63,955 nt of DNA, filler included, from Lama guanicoe (GCA_013239625.1; 204 parts of 204 records of this genome joined end to end with filler, not necessarily neighbours in it), one strand, 5' to 3'. Numbered from the whole stretch's first letter, positions 47,942 to 61,708 are shown. The notes: generated from the sequence alone by a model not told the origin. Program-made: numbers and translations.

Positions 47942-49925
47942 NNNNNNNNNNNNNNNNNNNNNNNNNNNNNNNNNNNNNNNNNNNNTTAATTAATTAANNN
48001 NNNNNNNNNNNNNNNNNNNNNNNNNNNNNNNNNNNNNNNNNTTATATCATCTTTTCCTACTCATTGACCACAGACTTTACCCTTAAAAAGCCCTTTTCTT
48101 ATTATCTAGACAAGACAAAGTAAGCTGTTTTTGTGGGGGGGGAAAGCACCAGGCTTTACTAGTGAGTAGTGGAAGGCTGGACCCAATGTGGCCTTGGGCA
48201 AGTCACGCTCTGAGTTTTCTCATCTGACACGTGGGAATAATAACATCACTGTCCANNNNNNNNNNNNNNNNNNNNNNNNNNNNNNNNNNNNNNNNNNNNT
48301 TAATTAATTAANNNNNNNNNNNNNNNNNNNNNNNNNNNNNNNNNNNNNNNNNNNNCAATGAAATGTAAACAAACATGACACATGTTGTTACTCTGCGGAG
48401 GCAGCGAATATGGAGCCCTCAAGTTGGGACAGTTGGGCCAATTAGAGCAGCTGGGATCCCCAGGTCACCACTTACAGTACAATAGCCCCAGAGGGTTGCC
48501 TGGATTGACAGCAATCCTGTGTAAATAAGAGGTAAACTTCATTGGATTAAGCCACTGAGATTTGTCACTNNNNNNNNNNNNNNNNNNNNNNNNNNNNNNN
48601 NNNNNNNNNNNNNTTAATTAATTAANNNNNNNNNNNNNNNNNNNNNNNNNNNNNNNNNNNNNNNNNNNNCTCTTAACTAAGTTAGCTCTTAACCCTGCCA
48701 TCTCTCCTTCTGGTTTTCTACACAACAGGGCTACCTCTTTAAAAGGCCAGTGAGAGTGTTACTCACACGCAGGCTCAAGACCCTTCATCTGATTCCTGTC
48801 ACCCACAGAACAAGACTAAGACTCTTCCCCTGGCGTACTAGGCCTGTCAGGATGTGGCCCTGCCTCTCTGAATCCCTTCGTCANNNNNNNNNNNNNNNNN
48901 NNNNNNNNNNNNNNNNNNNNNNNNNNNTTAATTAATTAANNNNNNNNNNNNNNNNNNNNNNNNNNNNNNNNNNNNNNNNNNNNAAAAACAGCTCAAATCC
49001 AAGACCATGGAGACAGCAATGGATGAGGCCAAGCCCTGGGGAAGAAAATACATTAGCATAAGAGCTCCTCCAGCAGACCTACTGCAGGGCCAGGAACCCA
49101 GACAGCGCTTTCACGGAGGACGTCACAGTCCCCAGAGTAACCCTATGAGGTTAACCCTCTGTTCACCCCACTGTTCAGAGGAGCAGCCTGAGGCTCANNN
49201 NNNNNNNNNNNNNNNNNNNNNNNNNNNNNNNNNNNNNNNNNTTAATTAATTAANNNNNNNNNNNNNNNNNNNNNNNNNNNNNNNNNNNNNNNNNNNNGGT
49301 GGTTAATATCCGTATTTCTGCTAACAGTCTCTTTAAGGAAATAAAAAGCTTTTTCTATCATGTTCTTAAAATTCTATCAGCCTCTACCCATAACCCAATT
49401 TCAAAGCCACTTCCATATTTTTAGGTGTTTGTAATAATAGCATCCCATTTCCATGTAATAATATGTATTGATTATTCATTGCTGCTATAAAAATTACCAA
49501 AATACAGTGGCNNNNNNNNNNNNNNNNNNNNNNNNNNNNNNNNNNNNNNNNNNNNTTAATTAATTAANNNNNNNNNNNNNNNNNNNNNNNNNNNNNNNNN
49601 NNNNNNNNNNNGAGCAAGCCCTGGGGAGGTTTGGGAGGAGCAGGCAAAGAGGAGGGAGAATAAAGAGAACCAAGGGAAACTAGAATCAGAGAAGACATGA
49701 GAAAGTGTCCGAGGAGGAGCACAGTGCTTTTCCTAGGTCAAAGCATCCTGTATGCAGAAGGGCCAAGCATTGAAATTTGTCGCTTTCATGGGATGATTTC
49801 ATGACTCAATGGAAAGGACCAAAGGNNNNNNNNNNNNNNNNNNNNNNNNNNNNNNNNNNNNNNNNNNNNTTAATTAATTAANNNNNNNNNNNNNNNNNNN
49901 NNNNNNNNNNNNNNNNNNNNNNNNN

Positions 49926-50139
49926 GGTTGTTTCCACTTCTTGGCAACTGTGAATAGTGCTGTCATAAATATATATATGCAAATATCTCTTCAAGATCCT
50001 GCTTTCAATTTTTTGGACTATGTATCTAGAAGTAATGCTACTGGGTCATGTGTTAATTCTATGTTTAACTTTTTTGAGGAAACTCCACACGGTTTTCTGT
50101 AATGGTTGCACCATTTTACAACCCCATCAACAGTACATA
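49926..50139 (-). mobile_element. Old LINE-1 ORF2 C-terminal fragment
   Basis: ggttgtttccacttcttggcaactgtgaatagtgctg...tttttgagaaactccacacggtttt. Confidence 0.9.
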
Positions 50140-51900
50140 NNNNNNNNNNNNNNNNNNNNNNNNNNNNNNNNNNNNNNNNNNNNTTAATTAATTAANNNNN
50201 NNNNNNNNNNNNNNNNNNNNNNNNNNNNNNNNNNNNNNNAAAGGGAAAAAATCAAAGAGCTCCAGAGAGAATAAACAGGCTATCCTACCAGGGAACTAGA
50301 ACCAGTTCTCAGCATCCATCTCAATTACTAGAGGCAAATGAGGTTCAGAGGGGGATTTGGTTTGGGATAAGAATTCTATATCTAGCTGTTTTATCAAACA
50401 GACATGAGTGCAGAATAAAGCCATGTTTGGACATGGACTCAGAAATTTTACCCNNNNNNNNNNNNNNNNNNNNNNNNNNNNNNNNNNNNNNNNNNNNTTA
50501 ATTAATTAANNNNNNNNNNNNNNNNNNNNNNNNNNNNNNNNNNNNNNNNNNNNGACCCCAGGAGAGCAGATCCCATCAAAGGCACGTGAAAGGCACACCC
50601 CATTAAAGGTAGGTTATTAAAGGTACGATTTTTTCCGTCTTGTGATTCAAGAAAACAACAAGTTAGAGGACAGTTGGTTAGAGGACAGCCAGCAGAGACG
50701 AAGTGACAGAAGACCGAGGGAAAAGCCAAGACGATGAAGAGCGAGGTCTCGCTGGAGGTGAGGGCAGNNNNNNNNNNNNNNNNNNNNNNNNNNNNNNNNN
50801 NNNNNNNNNNNTTAATTAATTAANNNNNNNNNNNNNNNNNNNNNNNNNNNNNNNNNNNNNNNNNNNNCCTTTCTGCACAACCTGCAAGGGTCCCGGAGCC
50901 GGACATCACTGGGTCAACCTTTCCAAGGCGAGTTGTGTGCAAAACATCCTCACAGCACGGGGCAGGGTGTACTCTGAGGATGACTCGGGTCTCCCCTCAT
51001 CCCCACCCCCACGCTCAGAAAGAAGGACAGCTGAAGATCGCAGCTGTGGCCTCAGAAACCATAGTGGCCTGAGCACCCTGCNNNNNNNNNNNNNNNNNNN
51101 NNNNNNNNNNNNNNNNNNNNNNNNNTTAATTAATTAANNNNNNNNNNNNNNNNNNNNNNNNNNNNNNNNNNNNNNNNNNNNTCTTATGTGATCGCAGAGG
51201 AATGTCATGGAAAGACCCGTGGACCTCATACGCTGCTCCTGTGCCTGGATGCAGAATTTGGAGCTCAGTCTGTGACCTTGGACTTTGCCCTCCTGCCTGG
51301 TGATCAGCAGCCAGCATGGCCACCTGGCTAAGAGAATGGGGTGCAGCCCGCTCTTCCGAAGTCACCACGTCTGCAACGCCAGTGCTGCACAGACCNNNNN
51401 NNNNNNNNNNNNNNNNNNNNNNNNNNNNNNNNNNNNNNNTTAATTAATTAANNNNNNNNNNNNNNNNNNNNNNNNNNNNNNNNNNNNNNNNNNNNTGTCT
51501 ATGTCTGTGATTCTGTTTCTGTTTTGTATGTAGATTCATTTGTATCTTTTTTTTTTTTTGGTTCCACGTATGAGTGCCATCAGATAGTGTTTGTCTTTCT
51601 CTGACCGACCTCACTCAGTATGATCGCCCTGAGGTCCATCCATGTTGCTGTGCAGCGCACGATCCCGTTTTAGGAACGCTCTTAAGCAGCGCTGAATGGC
51701 GAAGCCCGGNNNNNNNNNNNNNNNNNNNNNNNNNNNNNNNNNNNNNNNNNNNNTTAATTAATTAANNNNNNNNNNNNNNNNNNNNNNNNNNNNNNNNNNN
51801 NNNNNNNNNAGTCAACAAACCAAATGGCTTCCTTCAAAAACAGATCCAACACTTGGCCTATGCTACTTAGTTGAGCCACTATCCTTAACTAAGAGCTACC

Positions 51901-51990
51901 AGGGGGAGGGTACAGGTCAGTGGCAGAGCACGTGCTTAGCATGCACGAGGGCCTGGGTTCAATCCCCAGTACCGCCAATAAAGAAAAACA
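51901..51990 (+). mobile_element. Complete tRNA-Ala-derived SINE (vic-1-like) with target-site duplication
   Basis: tRNA-like head with cttagcatg and B box gggttcaatccc; A-rich tail; flanks aagagctacc (51891-51900) and aagagatacc (51991-52000). Confidence 0.9.
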
Positions 51991-53065
51991 AAGAGATACC
52001 TTTGATAGTACATACTTCATTTANNNNNNNNNNNNNNNNNNNNNNNNNNNNNNNNNNNNNNNNNNNNTTAATTAATTAANNNNNNNNNNNNNNNNNNNNN
52101 NNNNNNNNNNNNNNNNNNNNNNNTTTTGAAAATTTGAATTATTTTCAATTGTCTTGAATTGTCTCCTTGTCTACAAACCCACAAAATCCATTTCCTCTGA
52201 ACCTCATTCAAATCCATGTTCCAAAAGCTCCATCCACTGACACCACCTCTCCAGGTTGAAGTCAGTCAATCATTCTCCACTTTCGTCCCACCCAATCTTT
52301 TAATAACATCTGACCCAGTCGATCATCTTTTTTTTTTNNNNNNNNNNNNNNNNNNNNNNNNNNNNNNNNNNNNNNNNNNNNTTAATTAATTAANNNNNNN
52401 NNNNNNNNNNNNNNNNNNNNNNNNNNNNNNNNNNNNNGACCCCACCAGACCCCTGCCCCGCCCACCTCAGGCCCCTGGGCTGGCCATGTGGGGCCTGCGG
52501 TTGCCAGCTGTCACTGTGCCCGACTCACCAGCCTCCTGCTCTGGGTGCTGACCATGGGTGGAAAGGCGAGGGGCTTGGGGTGGTGGGCTCAGGGCCTCCG
52601 GGGAGGGTGCCCATGTGAGGCCGGGATCTGGGCCTCAGTCCAGGCCTTGCCNNNNNNNNNNNNNNNNNNNNNNNNNNNNNNNNNNNNNNNNNNNNTTAAT
52701 TAATTAANNNNNNNNNNNNNNNNNNNNNNNNNNNNNNNNNNNNNNNNNNNNGGAGCGGGGAGCAGGAGGTGTAATTCTTGATGAATTCTCTTATCTGTTC
52801 CAATGATCAGGCAGGCGCAAGGGCAGTTGCGAAATGAGTATGTGGTTGTGGTCACAACACATGAAAAGGGGTGATACACGTTGAAGCAATTTGCTCGTAA
52901 GGAGAGTGACAGCCGGAGTTCACACTTGTTGATCTGTAGTCTTTCAGAATCTCTGAGCCTTACGCNNNNNNNNNNNNNNNNNNNNNNNNNNNNNNNNNNN
53001 NNNNNNNNNTTAATTAATTAANNNNNNNNNNNNNNNNNNNNNNNNNNNNNNNNNNNNNNNNNNNN

Positions 53066-53125
53066 TTGAACCCAGGACCTTGTGCATGCTAAGCATGTGC
53101 TCCACCACTGAGCTGTACCCTCCTC
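53066..53125 (-). mobile_element. tRNA-Ala-derived SINE (vic-1-like), 5' part
   Basis: Reverse complement ggagggtacagctcagtggtggagcacatgcttagcatgcacaaggtcctgggttcaa. Confidence 0.87.
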
Positions 53126-54008
53126 GTTATGATTCCTTTTATTGGACCATAGTGTTTAGAAACCAAGACCTGGATGCTAGTTACGCTTTCATTGTTGAGG
53201 TGTAACTGCTTCCAGACGCCCTCAGTAGAAAATTTCTGACATTATTTCTTCAAATATTTCTTATGCCTAGCCTCTTACANNNNNNNNNNNNNNNNNNNNN
53301 NNNNNNNNNNNNNNNNNNNNNNNTTAATTAATTAANNNNNNNNNNNNNNNNNNNNNNNNNNNNNNNNNNNNNNNNNNNNGTCCTTGACAAGCATTAATTT
53401 GGAAAAGACTGAGACTGTAAATTCAAACATATTAGAGACTGATTTTATGAATCTCATGTTCATAAGATACTTTCTGTATTTTTAACCTGCGTCTCCTACA
53501 CACGGGGTGAAGGGGTAATGAATAATGTAATGAAGGGGTAATAGGAGTAAGCAATACCCATACTTAAGGCTTCAGGATTTGTTTTGCATCAGGNNNNNNN
53601 NNNNNNNNNNNNNNNNNNNNNNNNNNNNNNNNNNNNNTTAATTAATTAANNNNNNNNNNNNNNNNNNNNNNNNNNNNNNNNNNNNNNNNNNNNCTCCTCA
53701 GGACAGAACTTTTCTACTACTTTGCTGACTTATTCCTCACTCTAATTTCCTAATTTGTCTGCAGGAAGGCTTTTTATGTGCATCATGTTAGCACAAAATT
53801 TGGGAAAGAGAATGAGAAGAAAAAAGCTTAAACACACCATAGTTAACAAAGCCAATGCTTATGCAACACATACACACTTTATTTTATCACTCTCAGGACG
53901 CACAGTANNNNNNNNNNNNNNNNNNNNNNNNNNNNNNNNNNNNNNNNNNNNTTAATTAATTAANNNNNNNNNNNNNNNNNNNNNNNNNNNNNNNNNNNNN
54001 NNNNNNNG

Positions 54009-54221
54009 CCCAAGGCAATCTACAGATTTAATGCAATCCCTATCAAATTACCCAAACTAGAACAAATAATAATAAAATTTATATGGAACTACAAAAGACC
54101 TCGAATTGCCAAAGCATTAGTGAGGAAAAAGAAAGAGGCTGGAAGAATAACTCTCCAACACTTCAGAGAATCCTATAGAGCTGCAGTCATCAAGACAGCA
54201 TGGTATTGGTACAAAAACAGA
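54009..54221 (+). mobile_element. LINE-1 ORF2 fragment, open frame
   Basis: [71 protein letters not shown]. Confidence 0.95.
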
Positions 54222-55577
54222 NNNNNNNNNNNNNNNNNNNNNNNNNNNNNNNNNNNNNNNNNNNNTTAATTAATTAANNNNNNNNNNNNNNNNNNNNNNN
54301 NNNNNNNNNNNNNNNNNNNNNTTAACTCATTTTGAACTTCTTGAAGATAAACAGAGAAGCAGAAATGATAGTAGTAAAAAAAAGTCTAAACTTACATTTC
54401 AACGAATTCCTTTCTTTTTTAGAGAATTAAAGTTAAAATGGAGTACAAATTGCATTCTTTTTCAGCATGCATTTCATCTCCCCACCTCCCCTCGCCCCAC
54501 CCCCCACCCCCTGCTCTGCACACAGAAGTCAGTCTNNNNNNNNNNNNNNNNNNNNNNNNNNNNNNNNNNNNNNNNNNNNTTAATTAATTAANNNNNNNNN
54601 NNNNNNNNNNNNNNNNNNNNNNNNNNNNNNNNNNNTTGTTCCGTGGGAGCTGGGGGGATGTGTGGGACACCCTGGAACCAGTTCGTGGCTCTGCTGAAAG
54701 GTGTTTCTCTTAGAAGCAGGAAGTTACGTCCTGCCAAGAAGAGATGAAAAGAAAGCCCCCAAGGGTTCACTCAGGGTTCGCTGGGAGCTGCCAGGTTGCT
54801 GTGTGCTTGGCCCCACCGGGGAGGAAGTTGGGACGAACTCTCCATCTGGNNNNNNNNNNNNNNNNNNNNNNNNNNNNNNNNNNNNNNNNNNNNTTAATTA
54901 ATTAANNNNNNNNNNNNNNNNNNNNNNNNNNNNNNNNNNNNNNNNNNNNTTTGCAGTACTTGTGGAATATCACTAATATTATATTGACATTGATACAATC
55001 CACAAATTTATTCAGAGTTCTCCAGTTTTACTTATACTTGTGTATGTATGTTGTTTAGTTCCATACAATTTTTTTCACATGTGAAAGTTCTTGCATCTAT
55101 CACCACAGTCAAGATATTGAATAGTTTCATCACTACAGGAGACCTCGTGTTGCACCCACCTCCNNNNNNNNNNNNNNNNNNNNNNNNNNNNNNNNNNNNN
55201 NNNNNNNTTAATTAATTAANNNNNNNNNNNNNNNNNNNNNNNNNNNNNNNNNNNNNNNNNNNNGGAGTCCGCTCCCTGGTGACTGGTTCCCTTCCTTTCC
55301 CGGAGCCTGTTCCCTTACACATCTGTGGGTCTTTATCGCCAGCCTGGCTTTGAGCCTCAGTCTCTCATCTGTCAAGTGGACAACAGTGAGCTCTTGGTGC
55401 TGCTGGACGCATTCTGGGCAATGATGGCCTTCACTGCAGCCCCTTCTCCAGAGGTGAGATCTCACACGTGAGCCTCANNNNNNNNNNNNNNNNNNNNNNN
55501 NNNNNNNNNNNNNNNNNNNNNTTAATTAATTAANNNNNNNNNNNNNNNNNNNNNNNNNNNNNNNNNNNNNNNNNNNN

Positions 55578-55791
55578 ACCCTAACCCTAACCCTAACCCT
55601 AACCCCAACCCCAACCCTAACCCTTATCCCTAATCCCTAACCCTAACCCCTAACCCCTAACCCTAACCCTAGGCCTAGCCCTAACCCTACCCCTACCCTA
55701 ACCCTAATCTCTAACCCTAACCCTACCCTTGACCCTGACCCTACCCTAACCCTAACCCTAGGCCTAGCCCTAGCCCTAGCCCTAACCCTAG
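55578..55791 (-). repeat. Telomeric (TTAGGG)n array with many variant units
   Basis: CCCTAA interspersed with CCCCAA, CCCTAG, CCCTGA, CCCCTAA and CCCTA units. Confidence 0.95.
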
Positions 55792-56519
55792 NNNNNNNNN
55801 NNNNNNNNNNNNNNNNNNNNNNNNNNNNNNNNNNNTTAATTAATTAANNNNNNNNNNNNNNNNNNNNNNNNNNNNNNNNNNNNNNNNNNNNTTTATCAGT
55901 AGCTTCTTTCCCTCAGTCTGGACTAAGTGTCAAAAAAAAAAAAAAACAAAACAAAAACCTGACATCAGAAAGGGGAAGAGGATATGGGGCAAGGGAGGGG
56001 AAGACTTCTCCCCTCCTTACTGCATTTAGACTCGTAGCCACTGCTGTGGGGAGCTCTTGAAAGAAATGCGCTGTTTACTTGAGTCTGTGTCTGCAACAGA
56101 AACATNNNNNNNNNNNNNNNNNNNNNNNNNNNNNNNNNNNNNNNNNNNNTTAATTAATTAANNNNNNNNNNNNNNNNNNNNNNNNNNNNNNNNNNNNNNN
56201 NNNNNGAAATGACTGGACGAGACTTTGAGTGGAGTCCCAGTTTCCCCAAAAGCAAGGGAGGGTACCAGCCGCAGAACCTCATTTCATTATTCTTAATCAC
56301 CCTGAGGATGTGGCCCTAGCACAGGTTAGACGAGTCAAGAAAGAACTTGGTAACGCCCAGAGGGAAGCGATGGCAGGGGACTGACCCCTCTGGGCAGCCA
56401 GTCTCGTGGCTCAGAGAAGNNNNNNNNNNNNNNNNNNNNNNNNNNNNNNNNNNNNNNNNNNNNTTAATTAATTAANNNNNNNNNNNNNNNNNNNNNNNNN
56501 NNNNNNNNNNNNNNNNNNN

Positions 56520-56733
56520 TGTGCTCTCTGTCTAGGGTTCTGGAAGTCTTGGTTCTGTGGTTGGAAAAAGTTCTCAGTTCTGGGCCAGGGTCCTGGGTTG
56601 GGTGGGGATGGGTGGTGTTGGGCTCTGGGGAGGCTGCCTCACTCAGGCCCTCTTCTCCTGTGCCTGACCCTGGAGTTTCCTCTGGAGGCGAGAAGCACTT
56701 TGTCTCACCCTTATTCATTTACTCCATATTATT
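56520..56733. repeat. Contig nearly identical to 1885-2098 (bubble arm)
   Basis: 5 substitutions; same ends. Confidence 0.97.
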
Positions 56734-57797
56734 NNNNNNNNNNNNNNNNNNNNNNNNNNNNNNNNNNNNNNNNNNNNTTAATTAATTAANNNNNNNNNNN
56801 NNNNNNNNNNNNNNNNNNNNNNNNNNNNNNNNNCTCGAAACTGCAGCCAGACCCCATCTGTCCCCACAGGATGCCGCTACCCTAGCAGGTCCCCTCCCCA
56901 ACACCCCGCTGACCACCATGGCCTCCCATTCCCCACTGCTGCACCCAGACCATCCTCCTTCCTACTCCAGCCCTCCTTGTCACAGTCCCTGTCCACCCCC
57001 AGCTCCTGCTCTGCTGCTCCATGGAGATTTTAGCCCCTGGATCACTGNNNNNNNNNNNNNNNNNNNNNNNNNNNNNNNNNNNNNNNNNNNNTTAATTAAT
57101 TAANNNNNNNNNNNNNNNNNNNNNNNNNNNNNNNNNNNNNNNNNNNNGCTGGTTTGCAGGTGAAAACTTTTCATGAGAAGAACGGTACATCCTCTTACAT
57201 CAGGTCCCCGCGGCCATGAGTTAATGGGAGCTCAGAGGCTCTCCGGCACCTGAATAGCCCTGCAGCAACCTGCCTGGTGCCTCAGGTTCCATCAGCAGTC
57301 AGTCCTGTGAATGAAGGCATTGTGTTTCTCACAGGCCCTTGCTGAAATACAGGTGCATAACNNNNNNNNNNNNNNNNNNNNNNNNNNNNNNNNNNNNNNN
57401 NNNNNTTAATTAATTAANNNNNNNNNNNNNNNNNNNNNNNNNNNNNNNNNNNNNNNNNNNNATAAACGTTCATGGCTTTCCCTGCAAGCAACACCTGGTG
57501 AGAATTTGTGCATTTAGACATGCCAGAGTAATGAAGACGTGAAGCCGCCCCCTGGTCCAGTTCCGGTACGCCACGCTGCAAGTGTAAGCGGCCCCGGGGG
57601 AGGCGCAGGTGTGAAAGGGCTGCCAGTGGAGGCAACGGCGTTGCGGGTTCTTGTCCGTCCCAGAAGGAATTCAGANNNNNNNNNNNNNNNNNNNNNNNNN
57701 NNNNNNNNNNNNNNNNNNNTTAATTAATTAANNNNNNNNNNNNNNNNNNNNNNNNNNNNNNNNNNNNNNNNNNNNCTAACAAATACCCAAATACCTG

Positions 57798-57809
57798 CTC
57801 TCTCTCTAT

Positions 57810-57846
<37 letters not shown>

Positions 57847-57918
57847 CATATACACACATATATATATATATACATGTACATAAAATAAATATATATTTAT
57901 GCATATATATACATATAT
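57798..57918 (+). repeat. Compound (CT)/(CA)/(TA) microsatellite
   Basis: Direct reading. Confidence 0.88.
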
Positions 57919-59973
57919 CCCTTATTTAAATCCTGTCTTCGTGTTTCATTGATTTCTTTTCTGTGGGGTGACATGTTTCAATTCATTTCNNNNNNNNNNN
58001 NNNNNNNNNNNNNNNNNNNNNNNNNNNNNNNNNTTAATTAATTAANNNNNNNNNNNNNNNNNNNNNNNNNNNNNNNNNNNNNNNNNNNNGGTGATCCCAT
58101 AGACAGGAAAACCCAGAGAAACAAAATTAGAGATGGGAGAATACAGGGGTTTTGTAGTTAAAACAGAGTCATTTGAGGGCAGCGGGCAAGTGGAGAAGTT
58201 AAGGTGAACTTTCATGCAGCCTAATCAAGGGCCTTAAAGCCCAGGCTAATTTGCATTAATCGTAGCATTGTCTAAATAATGGCATAAACTGGAAATTGTT
58301 TTTNNNNNNNNNNNNNNNNNNNNNNNNNNNNNNNNNNNNNNNNNNNNTTAATTAATTAANNNNNNNNNNNNNNNNNNNNNNNNNNNNNNNNNNNNNNNNN
58401 NNNGTCTTAATCGAGACTATCCCCTCAAGGACTTGGCAGACTTAAAAAGCACATATAAACAATATACACATTCCATTTACTCTGAAACTGAACCCCTGTG
58501 GAATACAAATTAGCACCTATCCCCCCCTACAGCCCGCCTCTCCTACAGGGTAGCGGTAAGGGTGTGCAGAGAACGTACAGTTTGCTGTCCAGCATCGGTA
58601 GCAGCCTTTTCAGCAGGNNNNNNNNNNNNNNNNNNNNNNNNNNNNNNNNNNNNNNNNNNNNTTAATTAATTAANNNNNNNNNNNNNNNNNNNNNNNNNNN
58701 NNNNNNNNNNNNNNNNNAAAACTAAAGTTAATGATTTACATAATATTAAACTGAATAAAAAAAGGATGATTACAGCATGCTACCTGAAAAACACTTCTTA
58801 AAACCTCACAATCTGTCAGTGATAATATTGCTGTATTTCAGTGATGGCCAGCCCCAAAAATCTTGTTCAGCTGTTTTAGTGCCAATGGCTACAAGTAGGA
58901 GTAACATTTTAAATTGTTCACCTTGAAATGTNNNNNNNNNNNNNNNNNNNNNNNNNNNNNNNNNNNNNNNNNNNNTTAATTAATTAANNNNNNNNNNNNN
59001 NNNNNNNNNNNNNNNNNNNNNNNNNNNNNNNAGCTTTTTGTAGATTCCTAAGGATTTTTTTTAACATAGATAATTGTGTACTCTTGTAGTCTGTAAAAAG
59101 AGCCAGTTTTATATTTTCCCATACAATTGTTACATTATTCAGTTATGAGTTTGACATAGAGATCAGAAAACTTTTCTCTCCATAGGTAGATCCAATTGAC
59201 TCAGTATTATTTTTGAAAAGATTATTTTTTCCCATTTGCAGTGCANNNNNNNNNNNNNNNNNNNNNNNNNNNNNNNNNNNNNNNNNNNNTTAATTAATTA
59301 ANNNNNNNNNNNNNNNNNNNNNNNNNNNNNNNNNNNNNNNNNNNNGTTTCTACGAGTTCCTATTAAAAATGTTCTGCTGTGTTTTTCAGAGTAAGTTTTT
59401 AGAAAGAAAACAGTGATTTGATTAAGACATAGCCTGAACTATTAGTAAAACTTATCTATGTAGCAATGTCTCTGGAAAAAGGCTCTCAAAGCATCTCCAT
59501 GGAAACCAGCACCTACACCATTCCTTCTTTATTAAGTGGGGGGAAAAAGGCAACAAGAGNNNNNNNNNNNNNNNNNNNNNNNNNNNNNNNNNNNNNNNNN
59601 NNNTTAATTAATTAANNNNNNNNNNNNNNNNNNNNNNNNNNNNNNNNNNNNNNNNNNNNAGAAGAAAAGGCAAAACAGATTGGGACAGGTCTCAGAGGGA
59701 GGGAGCAACTAAGAAGGACTGGCACTCATTCTCTAGGTCTCCCCTCTCCAACTGAGAGGTCGGCAGGATGGATGGGGAACCTCCAAGGATTGGATCTCTA
59801 CAGAGTATATGTTGACTGACAGAACTAAGTTAAACAAGCACAGAGGATCCCTGTGACACCAAGCCCAAGATGCNNNNNNNNNNNNNNNNNNNNNNNNNNN
59901 NNNNNNNNNNNNNNNNNTTAATTAATTAANNNNNNNNNNNNNNNNNNNNNNNNNNNNNNNNNNNNNNNNNNNN

Positions 59974-60187
59974 TATATAAAAGAAAAACAACAAATTTCT
60001 TCTATATAGGACTGGGAACTACGTTCAGTATCTTGTAGTAACCGACAATGGAAAAGAATGTAAAAGGGAATATACATATACAGATGTATGACTGAAATAT
60101 TATGCTGTAACCCAAAAACTGACACATGGTAAATTGATTATACTGCAAATAAATAAGTAAATAAGTAATTAAATAAAGGGAATTGTT
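59974..60187 (+). mobile_element. LINE-1 3' UTR with A-rich tail
   Basis: gggaactacgttcagtatcttgtagtaacc...atgctgtaacccaaaaactgacaca...aaataaataagtaaataag. Confidence 0.87.
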
Positions 60188-60601
60188 NNNNNNNNNNNNN
60201 NNNNNNNNNNNNNNNNNNNNNNNNNNNNNNNTTAATTAATTAANNNNNNNNNNNNNNNNNNNNNNNNNNNNNNNNNNNNNNNNNNNNGCAGGCCCAGCCG
60301 CACCTGTCCAGGATAAATAAAGGCATTTCCCCTCCACCCTCTGAGTCTCTCCTGAACCCACTTCTCTGTGGGTCCTTAGGCTGAGACCCACCGAAGGGAG
60401 GACCTGAGGGGCTGCTACTGCTCCAGGGTTGTTGCTGTGGGGCTGGTGGGCGGGGTAGGGTGGGTCTGGGAGTCACTACCCAGACTGCAGGTGGCCGGCC
60501 TNNNNNNNNNNNNNNNNNNNNNNNNNNNNNNNNNNNNNNNNNNNNTTAATTAATTAANNNNNNNNNNNNNNNNNNNNNNNNNNNNNNNNNNNNNNNNNNN
60601 N

Positions 60602-60760
60602 GTACTTCACATACATTATTTCACACTGAATTCTAACAACACTATTGAGGCAGATATTATGATTTCCTCCTTTACACACGAGGGAAAATGGAGACTCAGA
60701 CGTTAAATCATTTGCTACCAACCTCAGCTAGTAGTGATGAAGTCAAAATTCAAACCTGCA
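60602..60760 (-). mobile_element. MIR SINE fragment
   Basis: ttctaacaacactattgaggcagatattatgatttcctcctttacac...gagactcagacgttaaatcatttgc. Confidence 0.75.
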
Positions 60761-61670
60761 CTCAATTCTTCTGCCCTAGAGCCCACCAGCTGCAGATTCC
60801 GTGGGGCCAGGTGAANNNNNNNNNNNNNNNNNNNNNNNNNNNNNNNNNNNNNNNNNNNNTTAATTAATTAANNNNNNNNNNNNNNNNNNNNNNNNNNNNN
60901 NNNNNNNNNNNNNNNTACATACATACATGCCAAATAGTTCATCTTTCAAGGAGCTGATGGATACTCTGAAGTCCATCCAAAGGCTCCACTTCAGAACCTC
61001 TGATACTGATGGTAACTAAAATCTAGAGACGAACATGAAATTGAAGAGAAGTTTCAGTGAAATGAGAACACCAACATTTCAGGGACAAAAAAACCAAGCA
61101 ATTAAAAAAAAAAGAATAAATCTGTAAAGNNNNNNNNNNNNNNNNNNNNNNNNNNNNNNNNNNNNNNNNNNNNTTAATTAATTAANNNNNNNNNNNNNNN
61201 NNNNNNNNNNNNNNNNNNNNNNNNNNNNNCCCTCTCTCCTGATGTCTGAGTTCAGCTGTGGCCTCTCCTGAGCTCTTCCACACCGAGGATTGTCCTCCTT
61301 ACAAGCGTGTTCAGAACAACACAGAAAGTGTTCCTGGGCTTCAGAAACACACGGTTTTGAGGAAGCTCCTTTGAAAGATATCAAGGCAGCCATTAAATTA
61401 ACATGAATGAGAAGAGGGGTTAGGAGCATGGTTTCTAAAAAGGNNNNNNNNNNNNNNNNNNNNNNNNNNNNNNNNNNNNNNNNNNNNTTAATTAATTAAN
61501 NNNNNNNNNNNNNNNNNNNNNNNNNNNNNNNNNNNNNNNNNNNATATAATATAAATGTATATAATATTTATATGTAAAATATATCTCATATATTTTATAG
61601 TAATATATTAAAATGTATTATGTGTGTGTGTATATGTATATACACACACACACCCAAATCTCACCCTGTT

Positions 61671-61708
<38 letters not shown>

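Noticed and set aside
52752..52965. Minus-strand frame open across the contig
   Set aside because: No recognisable homology; open 70-codon frames are expected by chance among 204 fragments in six frames.
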